Source: Octopus bimaculoides
Taxonomy: Eukaryota
Length of the DNA stretch: 63,087 nucleotides
Assembly: GCF_001194135.2 (NCBI RefSeq)
Contig: NC_069005.1
Coordinates: 29,660,326 to 29,723,412, forward strand
Reading direction: 5' to 3'
Below are positions 51,755-63,087 of this stretch, in pieces. Every line of letters starts with the position of its first letter. Within the stretch, counting starts at the first letter, position 1. The notes under the pieces were generated by a model. The model was not told the DNA's origin. It saw only the letters and a program-made list of their open reading frames with translations, and ran no database searches. A program made the position numbers and the translations under genes.

Positions 51755-54700
51755 GCTATTAACCAATGTATTCTTTCTTCTTTTAAAACTGACAAGCGAT
51801 TTGAGGAAGATTTTGTTACTATCTCTTGCAAACCGAACGGCTGCTCTGTGGATCCTTTTAAAAGATCAATTCGGGTGTAATTTGTTTTAGATTTCGGCTG
51901 CTAATTCTAGCAGACCGAACAAGAATGCATCAGGGCTATCCCCACAGGCCCAAACGTATTTGAAAGAGGTTCTCAGTTACGTTGTCTTAAGGGACACCCC
52001 ATCGCATGGAAGTCCCCTACTCACTGCCTCTGATGTGTTTAGAGGGAGGTTTTTTTTAGCTATTATTTCTAGACAGGTCGCGCTACCGCATGTCATCAGC
52101 GGTTCTCCTCTAATTGCTTTGATGCAAGAGACATGTTAAAACGGTAAGTAAAAATGCCGGTAACATGCTCAGTGGAAAACTACGAGGAAGTAGTTTAAAT
52201 TACGGCTTTGATGCTGATAATGATGCAAAACAGGTGTGAAAGGTAGGCTCATAATGAATAAATGAATGAACGGACGAACCGACAGGTCGTTCCGGACATC
52301 GGTAGTGAAAAATATAGCGGCAACAGCCACAGAAATCAAGGGACTTTTATTTTTTATTTTTTAAGTGTTTCCTTCTTTTATAATTCGATTCACTGGAATT
52401 ATGCAATCCTCAGTATATGACTGGTATTTTGTTTTTATTTTATACTGGTGCCAGAAGGATAGGATAGATAGCGAAAGCTCGGCGGGGATTTGAATTCAGA
52501 GCGTGCGTTGCTCGACCTGCGAGACGCGACAGCCTTGAAATGGCACTCGTCTTGAAGGAAGGAAGGATGCGATGAATAAACGCGGTCCCAAACACTGTGA
52601 GAATAATACAGTTTTAGGCATGACCGAAACACCTAGCAACAACAACGGAAGGTTCTACGTAGTCGTTTCGATCTGCTAGGAATAATAGTTAGAAATCTCA
52701 CGAATCGCTTGAATAGAGAAGAAAAAAAAACGCGAGGAAAGAAGATACCACAAGATGGTGTGGTTTAAGATTCGACAAAGTCTGGGGAAAAAAATAAATT
52801 AAAAAAAGATTGGACGGAGGTCACGGCCGTGACCTGGGGTTAAACAATTACAAATTTGTCGTAATTGTTCAGCCCCAGGTCACCAACGAAGAATTATAAT
52901 AAACGAAGGAAGCGACTGTGCAGCAGATATCAGCTGAAATGTCTGCAAAGACGAAAGCGCCGGTGCTTGAGCAACAAAATAATAATAATGATAATAATAA
53001 TATCAATAAATAACTGGTTCAAGAAGTGAAGACTCTCCTGGAGGATATAGGAAAAGGGTGGCAAGGAAACAACAAGGCCAAGACAGATGCACTTTTGTTC
53101 AATATATATATATACTGAAGCAAAATTGGTGGGAGAAGCAATTAAAATGGGAGGCTGGCGTGTGTACGATTGATGGAGGAATACAGAAGGAATTATGAAT
53201 AGTAATTAGTCGTAATAGCAACACAGAACGACGTGGCCTGAATGTGCTGCAGAAATAGCAGTAGTAGTAGTAGTGGCCAGTATATGGGCTTAATATATAA
53301 TTGCAATAGTAGTAAGGATAGGGTAGCATGGCTTAAGTATGTATGCGTTTGCATGCAATAGTAGTTGTAGTAATAGCATCTAGTAGAGGTATTGGGCAGT
53401 AGAGGTCCGTCATGTGCAACTACTGCTGCTGCAGAAGCAGTTGTAAATAATGAGGTCGAAGTTGGTCCGGTCAATTTGAGGACGGAAGTGCGGCACGACA
53501 CGATAGAGCAAAAATAAATAGGAGGAAAAAGAACAAAAACTCTGGTTTTGTCATAAAGTTTTGTCTGCAATACTTAAAAATGAACAAAGACGACCAGTTT
53601 ACTAGGGTTTTTAAAGTACAAAAAGTTCTTTGGATTTTCAAGTTCAAAGTACGTGTGTGTGTGTGTGTGTGTGTGTGAGCGTGCAATGTACTGAACGACA
53701 CTGAAATTTCCCTTCGGGTCACTATGCGGTCGTTCTAACTGCGAGAAATAGCAACCGAATTATTTAGGTTTAAGGAAAAGAACGTTATTAGATAGTGTAG
53801 TCCTCTCTACAAAACACACACACATATACATACTAATGTACATTATATATATATATATATATATATNNNNNNNNNNNNNNNNNNNNNNNNNNNNNNNNNN
53901 NNNNNNNNNNNNNNNNNNNNNNNNNNNNNNNNNNNNNNNNNNNNNNNNNNNNNNNNNNNNNNNNNNTCGGAAATTATCTAGTGCGCTAAAAAAAAAAAAA
54001 ATCGTAATTTCTCCGGATCTGAATGTTTTAATGATCGCAGATTAGGAATCTGAAAAGGAAAAATTTTTTTAAATGTGTGTGGTGATGATGGGACGATTCG
54101 GGGGTCTTTTTTCAGTTAACTCTTAATTTCGAGTATTTTCCAAAATCTTTTGGGGTTTATGTTGCGCATAATTTTGTAGGATTCTAATCTCAGATGCTTT
54201 AAAATATAAAAATCTGCAAACAAAAAGAAAATATCAAAATGAAAAGTTAGTGAAAAGGAGTAGGAACTTCCAACCACTTTCTCCTCCCTCTATATTTGCA
54301 ATCTACTAAGTTTACAACATACAGATCCGAAGAAAACACAATTCTGAACACATAAGATGATTTCCGACTCTATTCTACAAGAATACCAAGTACAGTATGC
54401 CTCTTGAATATGTGCGTACTTGTATACGTTTTAGTGCTTATTGTTACGAATAAGTGGTTGTGTACCTGCGTGTGCGAGTGAAAGGGGCTCAATTTGACTT
54501 CTTCCCCCCCCCCCTTCATTCTTTCTCCCTTATTTTCCTTCCTTTTACTTCGCATTTCTCGCTCTTTCACTTTCTCTTTCTCTCCGTCAGATCCACGTAC
54601 GAACAGAGCAACATGTCACCTGTACAAAAATTCGTAACAAAGTTAGTTAGTCTCTTGGGACAAAGAGGAAAGATAAGCTATGAGAGGGGTAGATAGAATT

Positions 54701-54923
54701 AGAGAGAGAGAGAGACAGAGAGAGAGACAGACAGACATACTGCATACTGGAGGAGAATGAGCCATCGAAGAAGTCGCGAGACCTGCTAGAAATGGCTGCC
54801 AAATCTCACCCTACCATGTTAATAACAGAAAACTGATGGACGCATTGAATAATGTTTTAAAAGAAATTTCAGGTGTCTACGTAATAACTGTAAACCTACT
54901 TTTGGGCAACCCTGTATATTTAT

Positions 54924-55300
54924 GCGTAGCTGTGTGGTAAGAAGCTTGCTTCCGAACCACATGGTTCCAGGTTCAGTCCTACTGCGTGGCATCTTGGGCA
55001 AGTGTCTTCTACTATAGCCACGGGCCGAACAAAACCTTGTGAATGGATTTGGTAGATGGAAACTGAAAGAAACCCGTCGTGTATATGTATATGTATGTGT
55101 GTGTGTTTGTCCCCCCCCCCCAACGTCGCTTGACAACCGATGCTGGTGTGTTTACGTCCCCCGTAACTTAGCGGTTCGGCAAAAAGAGACCGATAGAATA
55201 AGTACTAGGCTTCCAAAGAATAAGTCCTACGGTCGATTTGCTCGACTAAAGGTGGTGCTCCAGCATGGCCACAGTCAAAAGACTGAAACAAGTAAAAGTG
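54924..55300 (+). mobile_element. SINE family A, near full length
   Basis: Aligns with 44985-45388. Confidence 0.85.
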
Positions 55301-55491
55301 AAAAAGAGAAAAAAGAGGAAAGACCCCCCACCCCCACCACTTCCTCCCGTCATCACTTGCTGTCAGCTTCACGAGCTTATTTTCTAAAAATAGTTTTGAG
55401 GAACTTCGTACTACAGAAAAATACTTGACCATTCTTCAGATTAACAGAATGTATGTGCACGCTTACACGCACACACATACGGACGCGCACG

Positions 55492-55536
<45 letters not shown>

Positions 55537-56129
55537 ACGCTCACATCAAACAATTTATGTCATTGTCCTTCTGGTTTCATGTAACAAGGATTAGTCAGTC
55601 TTAAGGACTTCAGACACATCATCAGAAATTTTTTTGTTGTATATTTTTTTTGTGCTGTTTGTTAAAAGTATTTGTTGTAATTGTACTATTTTTTTTGTTT
55701 TACACAGAACGCTTAGTTGTAGTAAAACAACATCAAAATAAAGCAAAACAAAAACGACATCAAAAAGCAAAGCAAAAAAAAAAAGAAAACAAGAAAGCCT
55801 ACGTGGTTCTTAAGCCTGTATGCTGTCTCTCGGCCTGCTAGAAATAGCAGCCGAGTTTCCATTAAATCAAATGTTACTCCCTTCAGGGAAGGAGGAACCC
55901 ATTGAAAGCAACGAAAAGAAAATAAATAATTAAATAATTAAAAAGATGGATAGCCATGTGTGGAACGTCTTTTATCTTAGGTTTACTCTATCAGAATTGA
56001 CCAAGGACTCAACAATGGCAAGAATTAATTTATCCCATGAACTGATGAAAGAATCATGGTGAAAGCTTGTATGCTAGAAATAGCAGCCAAATCTCTCACA
56101 TAAGGGGAACAGTTTTTAGGAGAACGGGA

Positions 56130-56595
56130 TTAATCCTTTAGCATTCAGATTACGTTATCAAATATAATGCTTCTTTATTCACATTATTTTGAATTAATCA
56201 GGCATTATCTCATACCTTTGAGATTTCAATGACGTGACCCTCACCCAGAATCATTTGCACGTCGGGTGAAATGCTTAGTGGTATTTCATCTGTCTTTATG
56301 TTCTGAGTTCAAATTCCGCCGAGGTCGACTTTGCCTCTCATCCTTTCGAGGTTGGTTAAATAAGTACCAGTTACGCACTGGGGTCGATGTAATCGACTTA
56401 ATCCCTATGTCTGTCCTTGTTTGTCCCCTCTATGTTTAGCCCCAATGTGGGCAATAAAGAAACAAAAAATGATGTGACTTTATTTCTAGAATGACATTGT
56501 AGGGTAGGTATGAGAGGCCAGACCTGGCCAGTTTGAACATAAAACAAATACAATATTGGGACTGAATACAGTCAGTTTATATGCTAAGGGGTTAA
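56130..56595. mobile_element. piggyBac-like MITE (family C) with nested SINE
   Basis: Ends TTAATCCTTTAGCATT and ATGCTAAGGGGTTAA, i.e. TTAA at both termini. Confidence 0.7.
56239..56467 (+). mobile_element. SINE family B inserted in the family-C MITE
   Basis: TSD AATGACGTGAC (56228-56238) and AATGATGTGAC (56468-56478). Box B GAGTTCAAATTCC. Confidence 0.85.
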
Positions 56596-57264
56596 TCAAT
56601 ACCTTTGACTCCAGCACAAGACTAGTCCTTCATTTTACTGAATCCCCTTTGCCCTCAGCAGGATGAAAGATATAGCTGGCCTTGGCAGGATTTGAACTGA
56701 GATTCTGAAGAACTGGAAGACCATAAGAACAATGGGTGAGGGAGATGTTACAAGATCAAATCATATTGGTTTCAAATTTTGGCACAAGGCCAGCAACTGG
56801 AACTTATTTTATTGATCCCAAAAGGATGAAAAGTAAAGTCGACCTCGGTGGAATTTGAACTCAAAACATAAAGATGGACAAAACACCAGGAAGATTTTAA
56901 GGTTTCTAGTGAAAAACTCGGGTCATTCATAAGAGACATCCGGTTATGTGTACAGCGGTGTTTGGTCTTCTTTTTAATTTTATTTATCTTCTAATTGGCT
57001 AATTGGTTTACAGAATGAAACAGGAATTTCCCCACACCTCTTATAGAATAGGAAAAAAACAAAAAAACAGACAATTGTGCACCAAACACAGAAGAGAAAG
57101 TAAGATGTTTCAGTTTCAAATTAATGTAAATTTTCCTGGAACTTTGGAATTTATTTTTCTTTGAATGATTTAGAAAAAAATTTTTTTTTTTTTTTTTTTT
57201 GGCTGAAATTTTAGATATTTTTTATTGCATGCTGTATGAATGTCCAAATAGAAGTATGTGTATG

Positions 57265-57515
57265 CATCATCATCATTGCTGTCGTTTAACGTCTGCTTTC
57301 TATGCTGGCATGGGTTGGACGGTTTGAACAAGGACTGGCAATCGAGAAGGCTGCACCAGGCTCCAATCTGATCTGGCAAAATTTCTACAGCTGGATGCCC
57401 TTCCTAATGCCAACCACTCTGAGAGTGTAGTAGGTGCTTTTTACGTACCACTGGCACAAGGGCCAGTCAGGTGGTACTGGCATTGACCACACTTGAATGG
57501 TGCTTTTTACGTGCC
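57265..57515 (-). mobile_element. RTE LINE 3' UTR fragment
   Basis: Matches 509-760. Confidence 0.8.
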
Positions 57516-57583
57516 GGGAGCATGTGTGTACATATGTGTGTGTGTGTGTGTGTGTGACAGTTTGACGTGAGCTTACTTAGTGT

Positions 57584-57770
57584 ATTTACAGTAATCCCTT
57601 GCCATATCATGGTTCACCTATCACGGTTTATTATTTAAGCTTACATCGATTCCTCTATGATGTTTTGCATTTATAATAAAATTATAGATATAGATAAATA
57701 TATACAAATTATAAAAATAATTTTTAAAATATACAGTACAGTACTGTTTTTACTTCGCGGATTTTCACTC
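57584..57770. mobile_element. pogo/Tigger-like DNA transposon fragment
   Basis: Starts TA-CAGTAATCCCTTGCCATATCATGGTTCACCTATCACGG. No right TIR. Confidence 0.35.
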
Positions 57771-58132
57771 AGAGAGCACAAACTTCAGCCAAGGCTACAC
57801 CAATGTCCTCTCAATGATTAGACAGATGATTTTTAAAACGAGAATATCTGAAATAAACTCGACTGTTCTCACAAACAAGAATACTAAAAATAAACCTGAC
57901 CGCTATCAAAAGTTAAGTGAGACAACAGGAAAAATTATCCAGAATCCTTGTCCAGAACTGGATCGATCCCAAAATCTAATCAGTTTGAGACAGTCATGAA
58001 GCCAACCACCCCTGAAAATTTCATCCGAATCCATTCAGCGGTTCTTGAGATATCTTGTCCATAGACAAACAAACAAGCAAACAAATGCAACTGAAAACAA
58101 TACCTCCGCCTACGCCAAGGCAGAGGAAATAA
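57767..58132 (+). mobile_element. DINE-1/HINE-like (Helitron/Helentron-derived) element
   Basis: Core AAATTTCATCCGAATCCATTCAGCGGTTCTTGAGATATC, (ACAA)n, and terminal hairpin CCTCCGCC-N8-GGCAGAGG. Second copy at 61346-61700. Confidence 0.6.
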
Positions 58133-59576
58133 TAACCCTTTCTACTCANNNNNNNNNNNNNNNNNNNNNNNNNNNNNNNNNNNNNNNNNNNAGGATGAAA
58201 GCAAATTCAACCTCAACGGAATTTGAACTCAGAATGTAAAGACAGACTAAATGCCGCTAAGCAGTTTACCCAGCACGCTAATGGTTCTGCCAGCTCGCCA
58301 CCTTGTTCATATATATTTGATATCATTAGTCGGTTTAGTCGATACCAAAACGGATCTAAAAGCTCAGTGATGATGACGCTGACAAGGATAATGACACAGA
58401 AGGAAGAGGATTGGCATTTAATTTCATAATCAAGACTCAAATTATCTATATTTTTAATTAAGTCTCATTGGTCTATATTTGTTGTAGTTGTTGTTATTGT
58501 TTAACCTCAATTTCTGTCTGCCAAACACGAAGACCCAACAATATCCAGATACTGTTTGTCTAACTGTCGAATGCATGCATGTATGCACACATGCATGCAT
58601 AGATGTTGATTGCCTCATCTTGTTAGATAATAGCCAACTCGCATAAATGATCAGTGAGACATTTGTAATTCACTGGATTCAAGTGACAAAAACTTGTACG
58701 ACACTTTCGTCATTCTTTCTCGTTACCATACTATAAGCTCCAGTGAAAAACATTGCGAAATGAGATTGGAATAGTAATTTTTACTCCATTTTATGACCTA
58801 AGTGGAATTTGAACTCAGAACATAAAAACAGGCAAAACAGAGCTAAGCATAATGTCTGGCATGCCAATGATTCTGCAAGGCTACCTCATATATATATATA
58901 TATANNNNNNNNNNNNNNNNNNNNNNNNNNNNNNNNNNNNNNNNNNNNNNNNNNNNNNNNNNNNNNNNNNNNNNNNNNNNNNNNNNNNNNNNNNNNNNNN
59001 NNNNNNNNNNNNNNNNNNNNNNNNNNNNNNNNNNNNNNNNNNNNNNNNNNNNNNNNNNNNNNNNNNNNNNNNNNNNNNNNNNNNNNNNNNNNNNNNNNNN
59101 NNNNNNNNNNNNNNNNNNNNNNNNNNNNNNNNNNNNNNNNNNNNNNNNNNNNNNNNNNNNNNNNNNNNNNNNNNNNNNNNNNNNNNNNATATGCATATAT
59201 GTACATCAGTGTATGTGTTCCAGTGTGAGAAACAGTTCTATATTTACAGCACAATTAAAGCCATTTGAAATATCATTATCTTTACATTCTCATAAAAGCC
59301 AATTATACAGGCTACCAGGGACAAAAAAAAAACCATCAAAAGGTTTCTCTCTCTGAAGTGCATCCCACGGTCACTCTTTATTAAAATATAAACTTAACAG
59401 TTCTCGCAACACTGAATAACTAAGACAATGACATGACTAAAAGGAAAAATAACTATATTAATTACTAATCTGTACTTGTTTGGTGGGTGAGTGACTGACC
59501 TGATCTGGTGGAATTGTGTCGGCAATCAGGTCGGCAATGGATAACAAGGCTGCCAAGGACTCTTGGCACTTTAGAG

Positions 59577-59906
59577 CAGTCATTCTCAGTCATTTTTTTT
59601 TTTTTACTTAGGGACCCCTTTATTTACTATTTTATACTGGTGGATCCTTAAAAATATTTAAAAACTAATTCTATGGATACTTCTTTCAAAATACCCATTT
59701 TGTTATTCACTCGTTCACATGTTGAACTATGTAAAAATGTTAGGAAAAAAAAAAACCTGACTGTTTCATGCAATACATCAAGGCTTTTCGGAGACCCTTA
59801 AAATACTGGTATGGATCCCTAATTCACAATTTTGCTAGCATGGACTTTCAAAAATCTTCTATGGACCCCCACCTGGGGTCATATGCCCCCTGGTTCAGAA
59901 CCACTG
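59577..59906. mobile_element. hAT (Charlie-like) MITE
   Basis: Ends CAGTCATTCTCA and TCAGAACCACTG. TSD CTTTAGAG and CTTTAGAA. Confidence 0.8.
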
Positions 59907-59974
59907 CTTTAGAACTTGCGATTCCATTACAAAATGGAACGAAAAGTTTTGGCTTTAATATATACAGATAAAAC

Positions 59975-60218
59975 CAGGGCTGTGGAGTCAGACTCGTGAA
60001 GCCAGAGTCGGAGTTGGAAACAACTGACTCCCAATATCTTTATTCTTTAATATAAACCAGTTATAAGATATAGGCCGACTCAAAGTACAAGCGTATGCAT
60101 ATGCTTTATAGGATGTGTAGACCGCAATCACTTAGTTACATAAAGAGGAGTCAGAGTCAGAGGTGCCAACAGGAGAGGAGTCGGAGTCAAAGATTCTTGT
60201 TTTGACTCCACAGCCCTG
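59975..60218. mobile_element. hAT MITE
   Basis: TIRs CAGGGCTGTGGAGTCA and TGACTCCACAGCCCTG. Perfect 8-bp TSD GATAAAAC. Confidence 0.95.
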
Positions 60219-60498
60219 GATAAAACATTGATTTTCTCAAATCTTGAATTCTAATTTCGCTTTATCTAGTACTACTACTACCACCACCTACAACAACAAC
60301 AACAACAACACTTATATCCCCATCACAACTGCTACTACTACTACGATCGTCACCACCACCACCGTCACCACCACTACCACCACAACCATTTATAACTGCT
60401 ACAACAACAACAACTACAGCTAGATATTTACAGAAAACTTAAGATCACCGGGTCATTTCACCATCCAAGGATGTAAATAATTGATGATTATATATATA

Positions 60499-60541
<43 letters not shown>

Positions 60542-60826
60542 ATACATACATATTTTAACATACATGTATGTGCATGTGTGTGAGTGTGTGTGTGCGCACA
60601 CACAGACATATATATGTATACACGGGCATGACTGTGTAGTAAGAAGCCTGCTTCCCAATCACATGGTTCTGGGTTCAGTCCCACTGCATGGCACCTTCGG
60701 CAAGTGCCTTGGGTTGACCAAGCCTTGTGAGTGGATTTGGTAGATGGGAACTGAAAGAAGTCTATCGTATGTGTGTGTGTCTATACACGTGTGTGTGGAT
60801 ATATGTGTATGCATGTTGTATGTGTG

Positions 60827-60873
<47 letters not shown>

Positions 60874-60954
60874 ATGTGTGTGTGTATATATATATATATA
60901 TGTATGTATGTAGGTATGTATGTATGTATGTACATATATATGTATGTATATATA

Positions 60955-61013
<59 letters not shown>

Positions 61014-61128
61014 TTTTCCAGTATTTTCAACACTTATGCATACCTCACACACGAATATAACATCTACATAGGGATTTGGAATACTGAAACAATCCGATGT
61101 GCTTAAGGAAGACAGCTTTTAACCCTAC

Positions 61129-61307
61129 CTTTTATCACACATCCTGTGACCTCTTCAGCAACTCTCCATCCCATGTGTATCCTCCTGTCCTGTTTAGTTC
61201 CTTCTGTCTTTTTGCGGTGTGTATCTTTATCTGTCCAGATAGGATACACAGGAGGATACACATAGGATGGAGAGTTGCTGAAGAGGTCACAGGATGTGTG
61301 ATAAAAG
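61129..61307. repeat. Long fold-back inverted repeat
   Basis: Outer arms of ~60 nt with one mismatch, plus an inner GTGTATCTTTATCTG/CAGATAGGATACAC stem. Confidence 0.9.
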
Positions 61308-61345
61308 ATTTCCAGACAAAGGACACTAAAACATAAACAATAGGA

Positions 61346-61700
61346 GCACTCAGAAAGCGCAAACCTCCGCCAATGCAACACTGATGTCCTCTCAACGATT
61401 AGCCAGAGATGATTTCTAAAATGAGAATATCTGAAATAAACTCGACTGCTCTCACAAACGAGAATACTAAAAATGAACCCGACCACTCTCAAAAATTAAG
61501 TAAAAAAAACAGGAAAAATAATGCAGAATCCTTGTCCAGTATCAGGTCAATCCCAAAATCAGTTTGTGCTGGTCACGAAGCCAAACATCCCCGGAAGTTT
61601 CATCCGAATCCATCCAGTGGTTCTCGAGATATCTTGTCCACAAACAAACAAACATGACTGAAAACAACACCTCTGCCTTCATTAAAGCTGAGCTAATAAA
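61346..61700 (+). mobile_element. DINE-1/HINE-like element, second copy
   Basis: Aligns over its whole length with 57767-58132. Confidence 0.6.
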
Positions 61701-61858
61701 TAAAACTGAAGTGAAGGACAAGTATATGGAGTATGTGTTCATTTGGTAAGACTTGAACCAGACTTGAACCCAGTGTGGCTCTCCAGCCTGCCAGTTCCAG
61801 TCAAACCGTTTAACCCATGCTAGCATGGAGGGCTGAGTGATGATGATGATGATGATGT

Positions 61859-61905
<47 letters not shown>

Positions 61906-62640
61906 GGCACGTGGCTTAATGGGGATGATATTCAGCTCACAGTCATGAAGTGGATTTGGTAGACGGAAACTATAAGAAGCCCATCGTATATATATATATG
62001 TATGTATGTGTGTGTGTGTGTCAGTGTTTGTCCCCCCACCATTGCTTGACAACCGATGTTGGTGTGTTCGCGTCCCCGTAACCTAGTGGTTCAGGCAAAA
62101 GAGACTGATAGAATAAGCACTAGGCTTACAAAGAATAAGTCCTGGGGTTGATTTGTTCGACTAAAGGCGGTGCTCCAGCATGGCCGCAGCCAAATGTCTG
62201 AAACAAGTAAAAGAATAAAAGAATATATGCAGAAATGCACACACATTAACTGATTACTCTGTTTTGACCAATAACAGAGAGGTCAACTATAGTACAATGG
62301 TCTTGATGAAACCAAACTTGTCCCTCCCTCCGGCCATTCTGTCCCCCTCCACCCATACCCGCACATCGTGGACAATTGCCAAGAAAGAGATAGGCAGACA
62401 AAATGCAAACCCTCGAAGTATGTCATCTCCAGGAAATCACCAATCAGACAATCGACAGAACTCGAAGCCTGATTGAAAATGTAATTTGAAAATCGTTAAT
62501 TGATTCTTTGATGAATGGAAAACTCTTTTACTTTCTCTCTCTCTCATCAAACTAATTTAATATAATTACACACACACACATGCATGCACGCACAGGTACC
62601 CATATATATTGACACAAATATATATCATACATACAAATAA

Positions 62641-62672
<32 letters not shown>

Positions 62673-62878
62673 ATGTACCATACATACACATACATGCTTT
62701 TACATGCATATGCAAATACATGTACATGGACACACACAAATATGTACCACTGTACTATACATACACACACATCCATATCATCACACACACACACACACAC
62801 ACATTTGAACACGTATAGAAGCATAGATACATATACATTCACAAGCACACATGAACAACTTAATATATATATATATAT

Positions 62879-63087
62879 CATCATCATCATCATCATCGTT
62901 TAACGTCCGCTTTCCATGCTAGCATGGGTTGGACGATTTGACTGAGGACTGGTGAAACCGGATGGCAACACCAGGCTCCAGTCTGATTTGGCAGAGTTTC
63001 TACAGCTGGATGCCCTTCCTAACGCCAACCACTCAGAGAGTGTAGTGGGTGCTTTTACGTTTCACCCGCACGAAAACGGCCACGCTC
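62879..63087 (-). mobile_element. RTE LINE 3' end, running off the window
   Basis: Near-identical to 519-735. Confidence 0.85.

Larger units (their letters stand above)
6322..59188. other. About 15 assembly gaps (N runs) scattered through this interval
   Basis: Approximate positions: 6322-6869, 8792-8888, 10556-11291, 14069-14492, 16995-17618, 21262-21796, 26949-27127, 27796-27895, 38070-38110, 42113-42605, 44471-44773, 49550-49559, 53867-53966, 58149-58191, 58905-59188. Many start or end in microsatellites. Confidence 0.98.

Noticed and set aside
52900-53520. Protein-like frames KEATVQQISAEM... and ATTAAAEAVVNNEVEV...
   Set aside because: In-frame stops, simple-repeat content and no convincing splice pair.
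6242-59268. Long ORFs in the track that are mostly X
   Set aside because: They span N gaps, so the absence of stop codons is an artefact.
62311-62352. Minus-strand peptide VEGDRMAGGRDKFG resembling NR5A/FTZ-F1 VRADRMRGGRNKFG
   Set aside because: It lies in a 50-codon frame bounded by stops, with no zinc-finger residues upstream, no FTZ-F1 box continuation and no acceptor AG. Treated as coincidence unless tBLASTn says otherwise.
1-63087. CRISPR arrays, operons or prokaryotic contamination
   Set aside because: No repeat-spacer arrays and no gene-dense segment; the repeats are eukaryotic transposons and microsatellites.

Overview
AT-rich, microsatellite-dense eukaryotic DNA with about 15 N-gaps; no bacterial-type features. 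From recollection of the repeat content (no search run), it most resembles an octopus (coleoid cephalopod) draft scaffold. No complete protein-coding gene is visible; the window reads as intron or intergenic DNA. It is filled with several tRNA-derived SINE families, 5'-truncated RTE LINE ends, a CR1-like relic, a mariner transposase relic, and hAT, Tc1/mariner, piggyBac-like and Helitron-like MITEs. A few small plus-strand exon candidates (best 50266-50315) may belong to an unidentified host gene. The most interesting signal is RNA structure. (1) A TSD-flanked 283-nt element at 42658-42940 (-) joins a tRNA-like Pol III head to a Penelope-type tail containing a minimal hammerhead ribozyme. (2) A hammerhead core with its three strands in non-canonical order at 3343-3403 (-), echoed by a diverged relative at 31817-31865 (+). 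(3) Two oppositely oriented hammerheads at 20973-21020 (-) and 21098-21134 (+). All folds were derived by eye and none is functionally tested. Coordinates of degenerate repeats are approximate.
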